Shown here piece after piece: positions 38,858 to 52,544 of a DNA stretch of 64,000 nt. Source of the DNA: Sphyrna mokarran (lineage: Eukaryota); NCBI GenBank assembly GCA_024679065.1, contig JAGIQG010000001.1:125612001-125676000 (forward strand), written 5' to 3'. A program made the translations under genes and the position numbers. The notes beneath the pieces were generated by a model. It did no database searches. It worked only from the letters and a program-made list of their open reading frames with translations, and was not told the DNA's origin. Each line of letters begins with the position of its first letter. Position 1 is the first letter of the stretch.

Positions 38858-40440
38858 GGGCAAAAATCTGACCAAAAATGGCAGAGTGCTGGTGCCAGCA
38901 CTGACATGTTTTCGGGCTGAATCTTATGGCTCATTAATATTAATTTCTATTCCCACAAGTTTCATGCTGCTCCAATGGAGCGTTTCCTCTAATTCACCCA
39001 CCATGTAACAACTTAACTGCTGCAGGCACTGGGCAGCACCACATAAATGGCTCTGCAACACTTGTTCCACAATGACTGCAGGGGGATGGCAGCTAAGAGG
39101 CCAGTACCACGTTTCATGAAGAGGGCACTGACCAGACCACTGGATGAAGTAGCTCAGAGATGGGAAGCTCAGAAACACTTCAGGACATGGCTGTTCAGCA
39201 GGGTGATCACCCTCAGCTGGGAGGCTGCAGCAGCCCTGGTCACTCCTGAAGAGGACGAGACAGCAGTGTTGGAAAAAGATGAGTGGTCTTCTCTGCTCAG
39301 CTGGAGTAAGTGAACCATCCCCAGTCTCCCACTGGACCCTCAAGCATACCCCTAATACACCCAACCCCTTTTCTCACTCAGCTACCTTGGCTTCGACTAG
39401 CATCAGACACCAGTTCCCACAATCACCATATTTCCCACTTGCTGCTATGTTTCTCACACCCCAGCACCCAAGGCCCATGCTTGTTACACCTCATCACCAT
39501 CTTAAATATCTACATTCCCACCTTCACTCTCCCTAACTGTATCATTGCAGGACAAACTGGACACATGGTAGCACAGTGGTTAGTACTGCTGCTTCACAGC
39601 TCTAGGGACCTGAGTTCAATTCTTGGCTCGGGTCACTGTCCGTGTGGAGTTTGCACATTCTCCTCATGTCTGCGTGGGTTTTCTCCAGCTGCTCTGGTTT
39701 TCCTCCCACAGTCCAAAGATGTGTGGGTTAGGTTGATTGGCTGTGCTAAAATTGCCCCTTAGTGTCCTGGGATGTGTAGGTTAGAGGGATTAGCAGGTAA
39801 AATGTGTAGGGATATGGGGATAGGGCCTGGGTGGGATTGTGGTCAGTGCAGACTCAATGGGCCGAAGAGCTTGTTTCTGCATTATAGGGTTCTATGTTCT
39901 ATAACAGGTAGCAGTGGGCACAGCCACAGTTGGAATTATGCCTGAACTGAGAACCCTCACGCGTTTTGAGGAGTGAGCCCTCAAGCTGGCCGGGAGAAGG
40001 AAACCATGCTGCTGAGGAAGTGGAAACAGCAGAGAAGCAAGAACCTTTAACACAAATGCTGTCATTTCTCATGTGTGTAATCACTCCTATGTAATGCACC
40101 GATGCCATCCACGTGCCTTCTCTTGCAGGCCACCCACCGCAAAAAGCCTCACGTCCACTGGACTCACCAAACTCCAGCAGTGCAGAGGGGATCTTCTCCA
40201 ACTTCACTATGGAAAATGCATCGAGATGTCACCCCTATCTGACACCAGCACAGATACTCACCTCGGTTGGTTCAATAAATAGGCAGGCTTCTGGATCACT
40301 CTCTGGTGAGTGCCTCACAGCAACCGGAGGCAGGAGTGTCCAGAGAATCGGCACATGGAGGGATTCCAGAGCTCAGGTTTCTGTTGAGCCTAACATGAGT
40401 CTCCTGAGGCAGCCAGCCAACTCCAGGTCACTGTAATATC
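38858..40440 (+). mobile_element. Harbinger-derived element with spliced Myb/SANT gene relic
   Basis: AAKRPVPRFMKRALTRPLDEVAQRWE...WEAAAALV...QQCWKKMSGLL, donor gga|gtaagt near 39305, acceptor cattgcag|gacaaactg near 39551. Confidence 0.65.
39561..39902 (+). mobile_element. HE1-like V-SINE inserted in the Harbinger relic
   Basis: tRNA head, V-domain, tail gggttctatgttcta. Confidence 0.88.
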
Positions 40441-40597
40441 AGGCCTAACCAACCTCCAGCCTGAAGATAATTCCACAGGTCATCTTTGAATGGAGTTTCA
40501 ATCAGGATCTTGTTTGTAATTGACCTAGGTTGCTTCATGGAGTTATGAGGAGCACTGCTGTACTTTACAGGCCCAAAAAATAGAGTAATGAATCAAT

Positions 40598-41290
40598 TGG
40601 ACAAAGTAGCCTGCTTGATTTGTACCCATATAAGCAGCACGATTGCACAGTGATTAGAACAGCTGCCTCACAGCGCTAGGGACTTGGGTTCAATTCCCAG
40701 CTTGGGTCACTGTCTGTATGGAGCCTGCATGTTCTTCCTTAGTCTGCGTAGGTTTCCTGGGGGTGCTCCGGTTTTATCCCACTGTCCAAAAGATGTGCTG
40801 ATTAAGTATATTGGCCACGGGTGCAGGAGTGTGAGAACATGGGAATTTTCACAGTAACTCCATTGCAGTGTTAACATAAGCCTACTTATGAACTAATAAA
40901 TAAACTTTAAAAAAAAATTTAAACACATATCACCTCAAAAATGTACCCCCTGCACCACCAATGTGCAGTGGCAGTAGAGTGTACCATCAATAGGGTGCAC
41001 TGCAGTAACTTACCAACTTACAGCACCTTCAAAACCCACCACCTAGAAATACAAGGGTAGCAGATGCATGGTTAACACTACACTTTCCCCTTCAAACACC
41101 CTGACTTGGAAACAATTCAATGGGTCAAAATTCTGGAACCCCCTTCTCTAATAATACCGTGGGTGTTCCTACAACACATGGACTGCAATAGTTCAAGAAG
41201 GAAGCTTATTACCACCCTCTCAAAAACAATTATGAATGGGCAATATATGCTGGGCTACCAAACGATACGCATATCCCATGAACAAATTTT
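40598..41290 (+). mobile_element. CR1-clade LINE 3' fragment interrupted by a SINE
   Basis: gacaaagtagcctgcttgatt...caccaccaatgtgcagtggcag...gtaccatc...tgcactgcag; same family as 27525-29860. Confidence 0.7.
40635..40908 (+). mobile_element. tRNA-derived V-SINE, second tail type
   Basis: tRNA head and tail cacagtaactccattgcagtgttaacataagcctactt...aataaataaacttt. Confidence 0.82.
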
Positions 41291-42334
41291 TACAAAGGTT
41301 AGTGATAATGTAAAACGTAATGTTGTATATTTGGTGCTCCCTCCAACCAGTCCTATCCTAAAATGGCAAACTGACTCCCATGTAAAAGCCAACTTTGCAT
41401 ACTAAAAGAGTCTACTGCCTGACTTAGGCTCGAGCTCCAGCTGCCCAGCGAAGATTGTGGCAACAGCACTGACAACAGGAGCATGGCAGTAAATAATTCC
41501 ATAGCTTATTGGGAGTGCTACTGGCTCACTTTCACTCAAAGTCTCCCCCATACTTTCCCTTCCGCTGACTATGAGACAAAGCCGTATTGGAGGTTCACGA
41601 GTGCCTGTGTAGTTAACTAAAAAAGAAAATGAAAAAAAAGGTCAACTCGAAAGAAGTCAAATAACCACTTGTGAATAATTTTTAAATTAATAGTGTTTCT
41701 TTTCCTTGAATCTCTTAACACTGTGGAAGCTTAATTAATCTTGGCTGTTTCTTGGTAATTGAAACCTCTTTTTTTTCTGTTTCAAGAGTTCTCTCCCTTG
41801 ATATTCAAGCTGACTTTCATTTGAACAGCTCTCTTTTATATTATGGAAAAATAGTTATCTCGATGTCCTGGATTTTGAGAATCCGAGCACTCAGGTGCCA
41901 TATTTATATTTAAAAACTGAAGCTAATCACACATCATTATTTAAGTTGGCATTATTTTACTGTGCAGTTAGTAATTGATAAAAATTGCAGCATCATATTG
42001 GAACAAGCTTGGTACAGGAATTTCAATGGTGTCACTTTTTAAACTGCTTAAACATTAAATAGTTTTAATATTTAAATAAATATTATTTAAATAAACAGCC
42101 ATTTAATCAATTTAGATAGTAAAGTAAGAAGTTTAAATCAACAGCTTGTAAATTTGTCAAACCTAAGTACTTAATCATGTCAATTCTGTCTTTGTATCAA
42201 CTTGTATGAACAGTGGACCTATAACCTACTCCATGTCTCCCAGCAATGCTCCTGAATGGTTAGCCTCAAGCAGCTAAGGCCTGCCACTCATTCAAAAGTT
42301 TGTAGAATATTTCTTCTTTAACTTAACTATTTGT

Positions 42335-42800
42335 TTGGTTAGGGAGGGAGTTCCAGGATTTTTACCCAGGAGCAATGAAAGAATGACGATTTATTTCCAA
42401 GTCAGGATAGTGTGTAGTTCAGGGGGCAACTTTCAGGTAGTGATGCAGCTATGCATCTGCTGCCGTTGTCCATCTCACAGGGTTGGATAGTGCTGTCAAA
42501 GGGCGAGGGCAGTAGTGTAGCAGTAATGTCACTGGACAAGCAATCCAGAGGCATAGGTTTATGTTCTGGGGATATTGGTTCAAATCCACCATCGCATCTG
42601 GTAGGATTTAAATTCAAGTAATCTATATGGATTTAAAAGATAATCTCAATTACATTGATAATAAAACCACTGTTGATTGCTGTAAAATCCAGCTGGTTGA
42701 CTAATGCCTTTAGGGAAGGAAATCTGGTGGCACTCTTGTGACTTCAGATCCCCAGCAATATGGCTAACTCCTATATGGCCAAGCAAGCCACTTAATTAAT
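42335..42800. mobile_element. CR1 fragment (minus, about 42335-42500) abutting a tRNA-headed SINE-like repeat (plus, about 42507-42800)
   Basis: gggagggagttccaggatttt matches the CR1 family; then gtagtgtagcagtaatgtcactggac...ggttcaaatccacc. Confidence 0.55.
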
Positions 42801-43957
42801 TCAAACTGCTGCAAAGTCCACTACCTTCATGGTAGATGTTTACAAGTCACTGAGCTCATGTATCCTGCTTCTGTCAAACTCATACTGTCAGTGACAACAA
42901 AATACCACAACTACTACCTTTTTTGTCTGCAATGTTAACTTGCCCATCCCATCAGCATCTAATAATACTTTTGTTCTCTAGGTACCATGCTTGAGCAGGG
43001 GTAACCCTATATATATATCTCAGAACCATTCAAGGAAGTAATTAACAGACAAATGATATTGATACTATCTATTTCTCATTTGAAATACAGTAGATAAAGT
43101 CTGAAAAAAAGCCCCACACCAGAAACATTTACTGGCAATGACAACTTGCAGAACTTTATCATATATAATGTGATAACTTTTTGAATTAATGGTACCACAA
43201 GATCAGAGAATTATATATCTCTTAAGAAGGTCTGCCAAGTGTTTCAGAGACTATGGAAAATGATTAGTCTCATTGCATTAAATTATTAACTGCAATTAAT
43301 AATAATAATAAAAAAACCACGTGAATTAATTAATGTCAGTTAGGACTGTATTACAATGTAAATCATGTCTCGTAATGTGGTATTCTACAAATTGTTTTAT
43401 CTTAACCACAGGAGACCAGTTGATTCGCGTATAAAGTGTTTATCAATGAAAGTCAATACACTGCTCCATGCTCAGCACTGATCAACAGCTCCTGATATGG
43501 GAGATTGCATCGGATATCAAAATCAATTTCAGTTTTACTCAAATTAGTGTTTCTTAAATCTATCAGCAGCGTGTGAAAATGTGCACTTGCACAGTAAATT
43601 ATGCTTAGTATTCTAAATAATGCTATTAACTTCACAAGCAATTAAATATCAAATCCATAACATCCAATAGTTTCATTGCACAACCTCAAGAAATAATATT
43701 GGTAAGTTATGAATATACCATTATGGGTGGGAGTTGGGGGGAAGGTAAATCATGCAGTGAGGAAACTATATAATTATATTCAAATTTACTAAATTTATTA
43801 AAATCAGGTTCAGGCCCATTATGGGTGTGAATCTCACTCGCCGCAGGCAAAGGGTGGGGAAAATTGAAAATTGTGATCTCGTTGGCAATCCTATACATGG
43901 AGAATCTAGCTTCTAGGAGGAATCTAGGAACCTGCCTGTTTGTTAGCAAGACAACAG

Positions 43958-45362
43958 ACAGAATTTTCCAGTCATTATGCGCTTAGATAGATCTCCATTC
44001 GCTGCTCCTGGAAGACACACTCCTGGTAGGGCTTAAGTAGAACATCTCCTTCTCCCCCTCCTCTTGGAGATAGTCCCTCTCTGGCTTTTCTACTCATTGT
44101 AGCACTGCAAATGGCATTGCAAAAATTGTCCCCATAAGTATAAAAGGCAAAGTTATTCTTTGGCCAAAGCTTTCTGGTTCCACTGACACCAAGTCCCTGT
44201 GGCGTGTTCCCTAGCGCTGGAGGGTACAGGACGTGCAAAACCCAGAGAAAGCAGTAGGGCTGACAGATGCTGTTGCTGGCCAATGGTGGGCCATCTCCTT
44301 CACCAGAAATCCCTTCTTGATGGGATGGATGGGAATGTTCTGGGCAGAATTTTACAAAAAAATTCTAAGTATCCAGCCAGCATGAAAATGGGAGAGTTGC
44401 AGATTTTTTTCTGGGCGAGTTTTACTCCCAATCTTAGGCACGCTCTGCTTGAAACAAATGGGCTAGACTGTTTCTTGCTACTAGTGGCAGTGGGCAGAGT
44501 TAAGCTCACCAGCCAGCTTGATCAGGCAACAGAGGAAGCTACTCCATCTATGCAGACTTCTGTGGCTGCACATGTGCAATTCCAACAGAGACTCTCTCTC
44601 TGGCAATCCTCTGCTGACAATTCCTCTGTCAGCAGAGGCGTGACAGAGAGAAAGAGAGCTGTCAGACTTCTGCTGCTGGAGCCAACCCCAACCCAGAACC
44701 CCGCTTCCACAATCAGGGGGACCATGGGCAATTGCGAGCCCCACACCTGAAAATATAGCCCTCGCCATCCTTCTTCTGCCCCCTAGATGGATTGTGCACC
44801 CCCCCCCCCCCCACTGATCGCAGGCAGAGTGGCAGCAGACCTTCCTCTCTCCATTGATCACAGGCAGAGTGTGCATCGTCCATCCTTTTGTCCTCATTGA
44901 GCCTTTCTGGCCTGGCCATAGCTCCTCCAGGCCCTGTCCCCATCAGCTGGTGGAGACTGCCCAGGTGCCTGGTGGGCATTGCCGAATTGCCATGATGCCA
45001 GGCTGACAGTGCCAAGGTTCCAGATTGACACTGCCCAAATGGCACCACTCTTTGCCCTTGACCTTTCTAGGGATCTCAATGGCCTCCAGTTCTACCAGCA
45101 AGAGTACACAACTGCACCCTGCTCATAGGGAACCAAGTGTTTTCCTTGCCAGAGAGAACCTTCCCCAGAGACATCATAAAGGCCAGTGAGCCTGAACAAT
45201 TGCGTACCTGGCTCGTGAAACAAATGCAAATCACTCTCTAAATACAATTAAATAAATTATTCAGCCTCTTGCAGGAAATTGGTCGTGAACCCGATTTCTC
45301 GGTTTCATGCAATTTTACCAGCTCACTTTGATGGGTGGGGCAAGGTGGTAAAATTGTGGCCC
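43958..45362. mobile_element. GC-rich Harbinger-derived non-autonomous element(s)
   Basis: Ends gacagaattttcc / gtaaaattgtggccc; GC-rich with C-runs; ORF 44199-44750 lies within it. Confidence 0.5.
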
Positions 45363-47579
45363 TCCACAGTCAGCAGAAACCATCAAATTCCAGTAACTCA
45401 GCAAAATGCCTTCACCAACTTTACCTGAGCACATCGAAAAACACCTCAGCTGCAATTTGTTGAATGGCTCGCCTACCGAACTTCCTAAAATTGGGTTGTT
45501 TCACTATTGAATAAGGAAGGCATTCCCTACACATTAGTTGGCTAATTTTAATATTCTTGAACTGTATCTATGATCTCACCCTTTCAGCCTCTTCCGGAGC
45601 AATTAGGGGATGCACCAGTGTGTGCCACTCCAGTCCTTTCACCCCACTTAGCTGCACAGAAAGCGACAAATGCATCCCCCATGCTTCAACTCTGCAAATG
45701 AATTCCTGTCTGTAACAGCTAATACCGATTTATGCATTGTAACTGAAACATCAATTTAACATTTATTTAAATTGAATTAATCTCAAACTTTAAATCTTAC
45801 AAAGCTGCTGTTCAACAGTATACCAAATCTGGTGGTTGATAGGACTTATTTCAGAGCCTATTGGAGAAACTTAGAGTAGACAAAGACTGTTTTTTTTGTC
45901 TTCTACTATTGCAGGTGAATGAAATAGGATCCAACTGTTTATCAACTTCTCTGGGAAAACTGAACTAAGTCACCAACTTCAATTTCCAGCTTTTAAAGCT
46001 TTAAACTTAACACAATATTTTAATAAATTAAAAAAATCTGAATAGAAATTCTACAAATCTCAAAACATTCAATTAAAACGATTTGGGTTCTAAACATTAA
46101 TCCCAGATAATCTTAAATAAACGTGATCATTTCATTCTGCAGCTTACCTTTTGGAGAAAAATAATGGGTTCTTATGCAGCTGGTCCAAAATTGAAAGAAA
46201 CTGCTGAGTAATTCACCTTCTGCAAGAAGTGAAAGAACAGTGCTGCTATTCTCAAACACAGTGAAAAAGCAATAGCATATCCTTTCACTTTGGTAAAGGG
46301 CGTCCTATGTTTTGAGCAGTGAGCCACATGACCTCAATGTAATATAGAAAGTCTTGTTTAATTGGCCTTGCAATGTCTGGCCATTGTGCCCCTTTGTGTA
46401 TCTTCTTGGGTTTATTGCAGGAGTAATCTAAGTTTGGAATCACTGTAGTATTGGCTCTGATTTTCTAATGACAGAAGAGTTTTAAGAGGCGTTTATGGGC
46501 TGGTACGCAGACTGGGAAAATCTGCTTTGAGGCAAACCACAGCAGCTATCCAATTCTTGACTCCCAGGAGCAGATGGGGCCTCACGCCTTTGTACCCAAG
46601 AGACTTGATCACATATGCTAACTAGAAGATAATTAAACCATTACTCTAATCTCAATGAACAGAACCTGTATGCATTTCCCTAACTTATTATTCTGTCTTA
46701 AGTGCATGTATTTTATTTGTAACTGCTAAAATTTTTAACGTTAATTTTTAAGTTTTGGTAGTGAAAGTTTCGTTTCATTAAAGTTGGCGCAATGCATATA
46801 GAATATTTTAATATCAGAATAGTGGGTTTATGGGAGATTAATTTACCTTGTATATTCACAAATTTATTTCATATCAACTAATGCCTAGGCTAAACCAGCT
46901 GTCACCATTATGTAAAAGGTGATCCATCAGCTAAGAATTTGGATACATCTTTCAAAATATAAGTGATTCATTTGAAAATTGCCCAACATATGGCTGGGGA
47001 TGAGTGGCGGGTTACATTCAGTGTATGGGTGAGGCCGATCGGCCAGAGGGGTCAGTGATTGGGCAGGGATTAGGAGAGGCGATATACTGGGGGAGAAGTG
47101 ACTAACAGATCTCTCTGTTCTATTGTACAGAACAGAGAGATCTGCGTATGCACAATTATGTCCTCTAGTATGAGCAGCTAGCTTTCCGGTGAGCTAAAGC
47201 CCCGCCTCTACCCCTACTGGCGGGAATCAAATCGTGCGTCATTTCCTGCACTAAGTTTTGAGCTTAGTTTAGATTTCATTTGTGGCCTCACCAAGAAAAT
47301 AGATCTGAAACTCTCCCATTTTCACTCTCATTCAGCCCTTAGAATTCTTTTTGGTAAGTTCACCCCCACGAACCCAGTAAGTGAACGGCCTTTGGGAGTA
47401 AGGGAAGATCCCTTTATTTTACTGCGTCTGCCAGTATGACACTTGAATATTGCTGTTTCCTTTTTATCAGGACCATAATGCTTTTCTTTTGTGAACCTTC
47501 CTCTATAGCTCCAGTTGGCTGGAAACGCCACCTTCACAAGTGGTTTAGCTGAGGACCGTCTGCTGGCAGAGTCTCTCAA

Positions 47580-48480
47580 AATTATTACACCAAAATGGCT
47601 CATTGCAGTCTTTTTACCATTCCACAGGAATGGCAGTGGGGGCTCAAGATTTGGCAAAACTTGGAAGTTGCAAATCTCATTGGTAAGGTCACGATCTCAG
47701 ATTTCCATCACTCCTCACCAGTGACATAATGGGCATGAATCTATTTTTAATAGTGTTAATAAATTTATATGCAACTAAAGACCCCCTTCCCATATATTCC
47801 CCCAGATGTATTTTCAATCCTCACTGGCATGATGTCGCATCAGCGCTGTTTACAATCACTTCATTTAGATATGAACCTGTCATGAGGATTTCTCTCAGGG
47901 CATAAAAGTGAGTAAATAGCACCCCCCCCCCCCCCCCCCCATCGCCCCAGGGGACAGGGAGATGCCTGGACACTGCCCTTGGCACAAGTCAGCACAATAC
48001 CAGCCTGGCAGTGCCAGGGAGAAGTATCTGTGATTGACCCTAACGGGAGTCTCATGGTGGGGGGTTGGGGGTGAACAGCTCTTCTGTGAGGTGGTGGGGG
48101 AAGCAGATGTGGGAGCTTGGGATGCTGGTAATGGCTGCTTGGGTATGGGGGGTAGGGGCCCAATATCCAGTTCCGATTACAGAAAAGGGGGGGAATATGC
48201 TGGCTTTGATTGCGGGGAGGGGTGTGCCCAAGATGGCTTTGATCATGGGAGGGCCAGAGCCCTTGAGACCACCGTGACGGAGCAGGGGGGAGGCTATTTT
48301 TTTACACTGGTCGGGGCACTATTTAAAAAACGGATTCTGATCTCAGTGCATCCGGGTCTTGCTGGAGTGCTTTGGCCCTGCCTGACCTGTTTTTTTTTGA
48401 CAAAGTGTCATAAGATCTGGAAAGAAAACCAGCAATACATTGATTTTTAGTCAGACCCTGACTCTTTATGATTCCGCCCA
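47580..48480. mobile_element. GC-rich non-autonomous DNA transposon
   Basis: GC-rich block with long C/G runs, resembling the blocks at 3429 and 36501. Confidence 0.45.
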
Positions 48481-50789
48481 AAAAGGCTGCTATGTGAATT
48501 TAGGTGAGTCATTGTTCCATAAAGCATTGAAGTTAACTCGACTGCAGTCTTCTGAAGAAGTACTTTCTGTCTCCTGTTCCCTCAGGAATAAAAGAGTAAA
48601 AGAAGCATAAGAAGTAACAACAAAAACACTGTTCAGCATATTCCATTTAAGGTATCCTTGAATTGCAAGTGCCTTGAGATCCTTCTTGAGATAAGGTTAC
48701 TCTAGCTAACAGCAGTTGGAATCCACAAGAAAAGTCATGTTGTTTCTGGGAGCCATATATTAAGACTTCTTTTACCCATTTTTAAAAAGAGATTACAGTT
48801 AGCTACAAAACCTATAGTAGTATAATTACGCGCCCGTTACATAGCAGAGACAGGAAGTTTACACAAATGTGTTAACCACTGTGCTAAAAATAGCATGGAG
48901 AGGCATTTCCACTGGCTGGAAACTTCCAGGTGAGAATATTTCATTGGCTAGTTTGTTTCTCTGTGGTTTTCAATGTTTTATTCCTGTATTCAACATAAAT
49001 ATTCATCACACTAAGTTTAGTGTGGCTTTATTTGCTTAACTTCACCTTAGGAACATAAAACCTTCAGGAACATAAAACCAGGAAAGTTAACTTTAATGCA
49101 CAACTGGAAAGAGGTGGAAATCTTTCTGTAGAAAAGAATATAAATCTGATCATTCATAATGTACAGTTTTTAGCATTTTATCTGCCCATTCCAGCTGACC
49201 AAATCACTCAATAAGACCCACCATTTTTCTCAAATTAATTTATTTTAAATTGCAATAATCAACACAGATTATTGTTGCTTCAATATGTACATTTATCTGA
49301 TATATCTGGTGTGAATAGAGTCAGTGGAGAAGATTATAAATCTCTATGAATCACAACACAACCCACTCTGTCAAATATTTAGGTTCTTTGTAAACTATTG
49401 GTTATATCAACCAAGGAGTGCAAATTTTACATAGCACAAGATAAACTGAAATTATTAGAATTTTCTCCTCTTTGGCATGTCAGGTGAAATCCCAAAGGCG
49501 GATTATATAACTGCAATTATTCTGAGGTTAAGCAACCATTCAATTTGTGACAATAATTACACAATTACACAATAGACTATGCTCCAATAAATTAATGCAA
49601 CAACAATCTAATTCACAAGAGCATTTAGAGAAAAACTATCATTTAAAATTATAATGTGTTGCTTTACATTAAGGCAACTGCCTTTCACTTCAGTGATTAA
49701 GTACTAAACAATAAGTATTGTTAGAGTGTAAATGGCCATTTTGTGCTGGAAAGCAATACGGAGGTTGTGAGTGCCAAAAGCATTTAATCCAAATCAATTT
49801 CCAGTATCTCTGGCATGTACTGAAATTATATTACAATGCTGATGCAAGAAAGAATGATCCACACAATACAAGAAGCTCAATGAGTCATTCACCCTTGATG
49901 TGGAGATGCCAGCGTTGGACTGGGGTAAACACAATAAGATCATTTACCCATCCCATCCCTGTTCAGGTATAGAAGGGAATTAGCTGAAAAAGAACAAAGG
50001 CTTTTTGAAATCTGAACAACACTGAGAAAACTGAGGAAATCTGATGAACAGCTTAAGAGGCCCCTAAACACTGACAGCTCAAAATAAGCAATCTAAACAG
50101 ACATAAATAAAGGTTCGTCACCAAAGACATTTTATTAAGGCAACAAAATAAGTTCATACTTTTAATCTGAATGTTAGGATGTTTGTGTTTTGGTATTATA
50201 TTTGTAAGAAAACTGAAACCCAATCAGCCTATGTACAATATACAAGAAAAGGTAATTTCAGTAGAAGTGCAATGTATAAAGGTGGTAATTGTAAATAGTA
50301 GCCTTGGAAGCACATCAAAAAGAGTAAGGCTTATCTGGCGCATCAGATGCTAGACATAGCAGCAATGAATTGGTGTGAGGCAGAGAATATCATGACAAAG
50401 TATTAATGCCATCTGCTGACTTCCAGCCACAAGCACAGGCAGCACAAAGAGGAGCCATAAATGGTAATGCCTGTCTGTCACCTTCACTGTAACAAGTGCC
50501 AACCTAAATGTGTTACTCTCTCCACATCATGTTGGCTCGAACTTCATCTCCTCTCTCTCAGCTGATCCCCACTCCCTCTTTATTCAAATATCGGATGGCC
50601 CAAATCCATTGTCTTCTTCAGGGCCAAATGAATAATGGACTGACAGCCTGTTTATTTCAATCTCTGATCTCAACGTACTGCTTAAAGAATAATAGTATTT
50701 ATTACTGCTGACTTGTCCCAAAACATTAAAGGGAGGTTTATTGGTCCTGTTGCTGATATGAAAAAGACCAAATACCAATAACCCGTGAT

Positions 50790-51130
50790 AAAATTAATGA
50801 GCTTTTTAAGATGCCTGAAATAATCAAGTCCAGACAGTACGGATTTGTTAAAGGCAAGTTCTGTTTGTCAAATTTAAGAATTTTTTTATAAGAAGTGATC
50901 AATTAGATAGTTAAGAGGGAATGCTCCAGATGCAGTGTATATGGATTTTCAGAAAACCTCCAATTAAGAGATCTCACAAGAGACTTGTTTAAAAGTATCA
51001 TGTTTGAGAGTTGTCTAATGGGCAGGAAACAAAGAAATAAATAAATGAGTCTTGCTTGCACTGGAAAAATGTTGGAAGTTGGACACCCAAAGTGTCAGCA
51101 GTGCTGGGTCCATTTTTATTGTCTGTATAC
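50790..51130 (+). mobile_element. CR1 RT fragment
   Basis: QYGFVKGKFCLSNL...DAVYMDFQK...HKRL...SVLGP-like motifs. Confidence 0.75.
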
Positions 51131-52089
51131 ACAGTAGAATCTTGCCCGTCAGTTTTCTTTCCATTGGCAGTGTGGGGATTCATTCTTTCAAAAATTAATG
51201 CCCCTACAGGGATCATAACAGAAAACAATTCAATTATCATGTTTCAAAGTCTATAAAATGCTGTATCTCTAACTCATTAGCAATTTGTGAAAATAACACA
51301 ATGAGTGGGGATGGGGGAGTGGGGTGATGGGAGCGAGAAGGGGGACACTCACTGCCAGAAGGACTGAACACGATAAATTTTAGAATCTGAATAAAGATAT
51401 CAAAATAGTGCTTGTGACGAAACAGATGAAGCAGATATTTCTTGACTTCTATTTCTGGAATTTCTGTCTCACTTTTTATAATGTTTCACTTTTGATCTTC
51501 AATTTTATTTCTGGTTTACCTGCAATCATGTCACCTTGCACTCATACTGGCTTGTTTCATTTCAAGACATGATCCCCAAATGTAACAGGATACACAAGCT
51601 GATGAAAAGGGATCAGTGAGATATAAATAATGAAAATATGACCCACATCAAAAATAAAATAAAAAACCAAGCTCAAGATAAAAATGAACATCAGGAGAAA
51701 GGAGACACGTAGATGTGGAAATAGGTTTCAATATCATGATCTGGACCTGTGGCGTTTTGACATCTTCCTCTTTCACTCACTTTGATCTTGATTAAACTGA
51801 ACAGATTTATGAATTTTTGATTTTGTAGAATCTAATTACTCTTATTTTAAAAGCTCACTGTTTATTGTGCACATATATGGTCAATATATTTTGACAGACT
51901 CTTTAAGGCTTGATAAAATTGAATGCTATGATCTGATACTGTCGCTCCAAAGATGCCTTTGATGGTATTTATTTCAGCAGGATATGACAACCAGACAATC
52001 CTACTTGAGCTTGGTGCAATGTAGAATGTCCCCTTTTCTGATTTCTCATTTGAAACTCATATTCATTGTTCATGGAAATTAATTGATTT

Positions 52090-52470
52090 ATGATGGAAGG
52101 CATATCCTGTTCTGCAATGGGCAGGGTACAGACTATACTTGCAAAACATTTGCTAAATAATCATCACTATGCTAAAATTTACACTGACAACCAATTTAAG
52201 ATCATCAGTCAGGTTTGCAATGTGGTACATTTGCATGTTCTAGAAACTACACATATTAACACACAGGATTCTATTCATTGCAGACAGAAAGAACAGGTAT
52301 ACTCATTATGCCTATTTCAGCTAACCAAAGTCAGTATTAGTCATTCACCGGTTCATTCTCAGGGCAGTGCTTTAACCAATCAGAGTCTACTGGCCAGATC
52401 ATCAGCACTCTCTCATACAGTATAAAGTTGTTTTCCCTGACACTGGTATTCTTGCAATTGCCTTATGTAT
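52090..52470 (+). mobile_element. Penelope-like GIY-YIG C-terminal fragment (third PLE family)
   Basis: KHLLNNHHYAKIYTDNQFKIISQVCNVVHLHVLETTHINTQDSIHCRQKE...LF matches the PLE endonuclease C-terminal pattern. Confidence 0.6.
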
Positions 52471-52544
52471 TACTAATATATTTTTCCTATAAAATGGGTC
52501 CAAAATATATGAAAGTTGGAAAAAGGTCAGTCCAGATTCATACC

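Noticed and set aside
44199-44750. 183-aa plus ORF
   Set aside because: Lies within a GC-rich transposon-derived block and shows no host-gene features.
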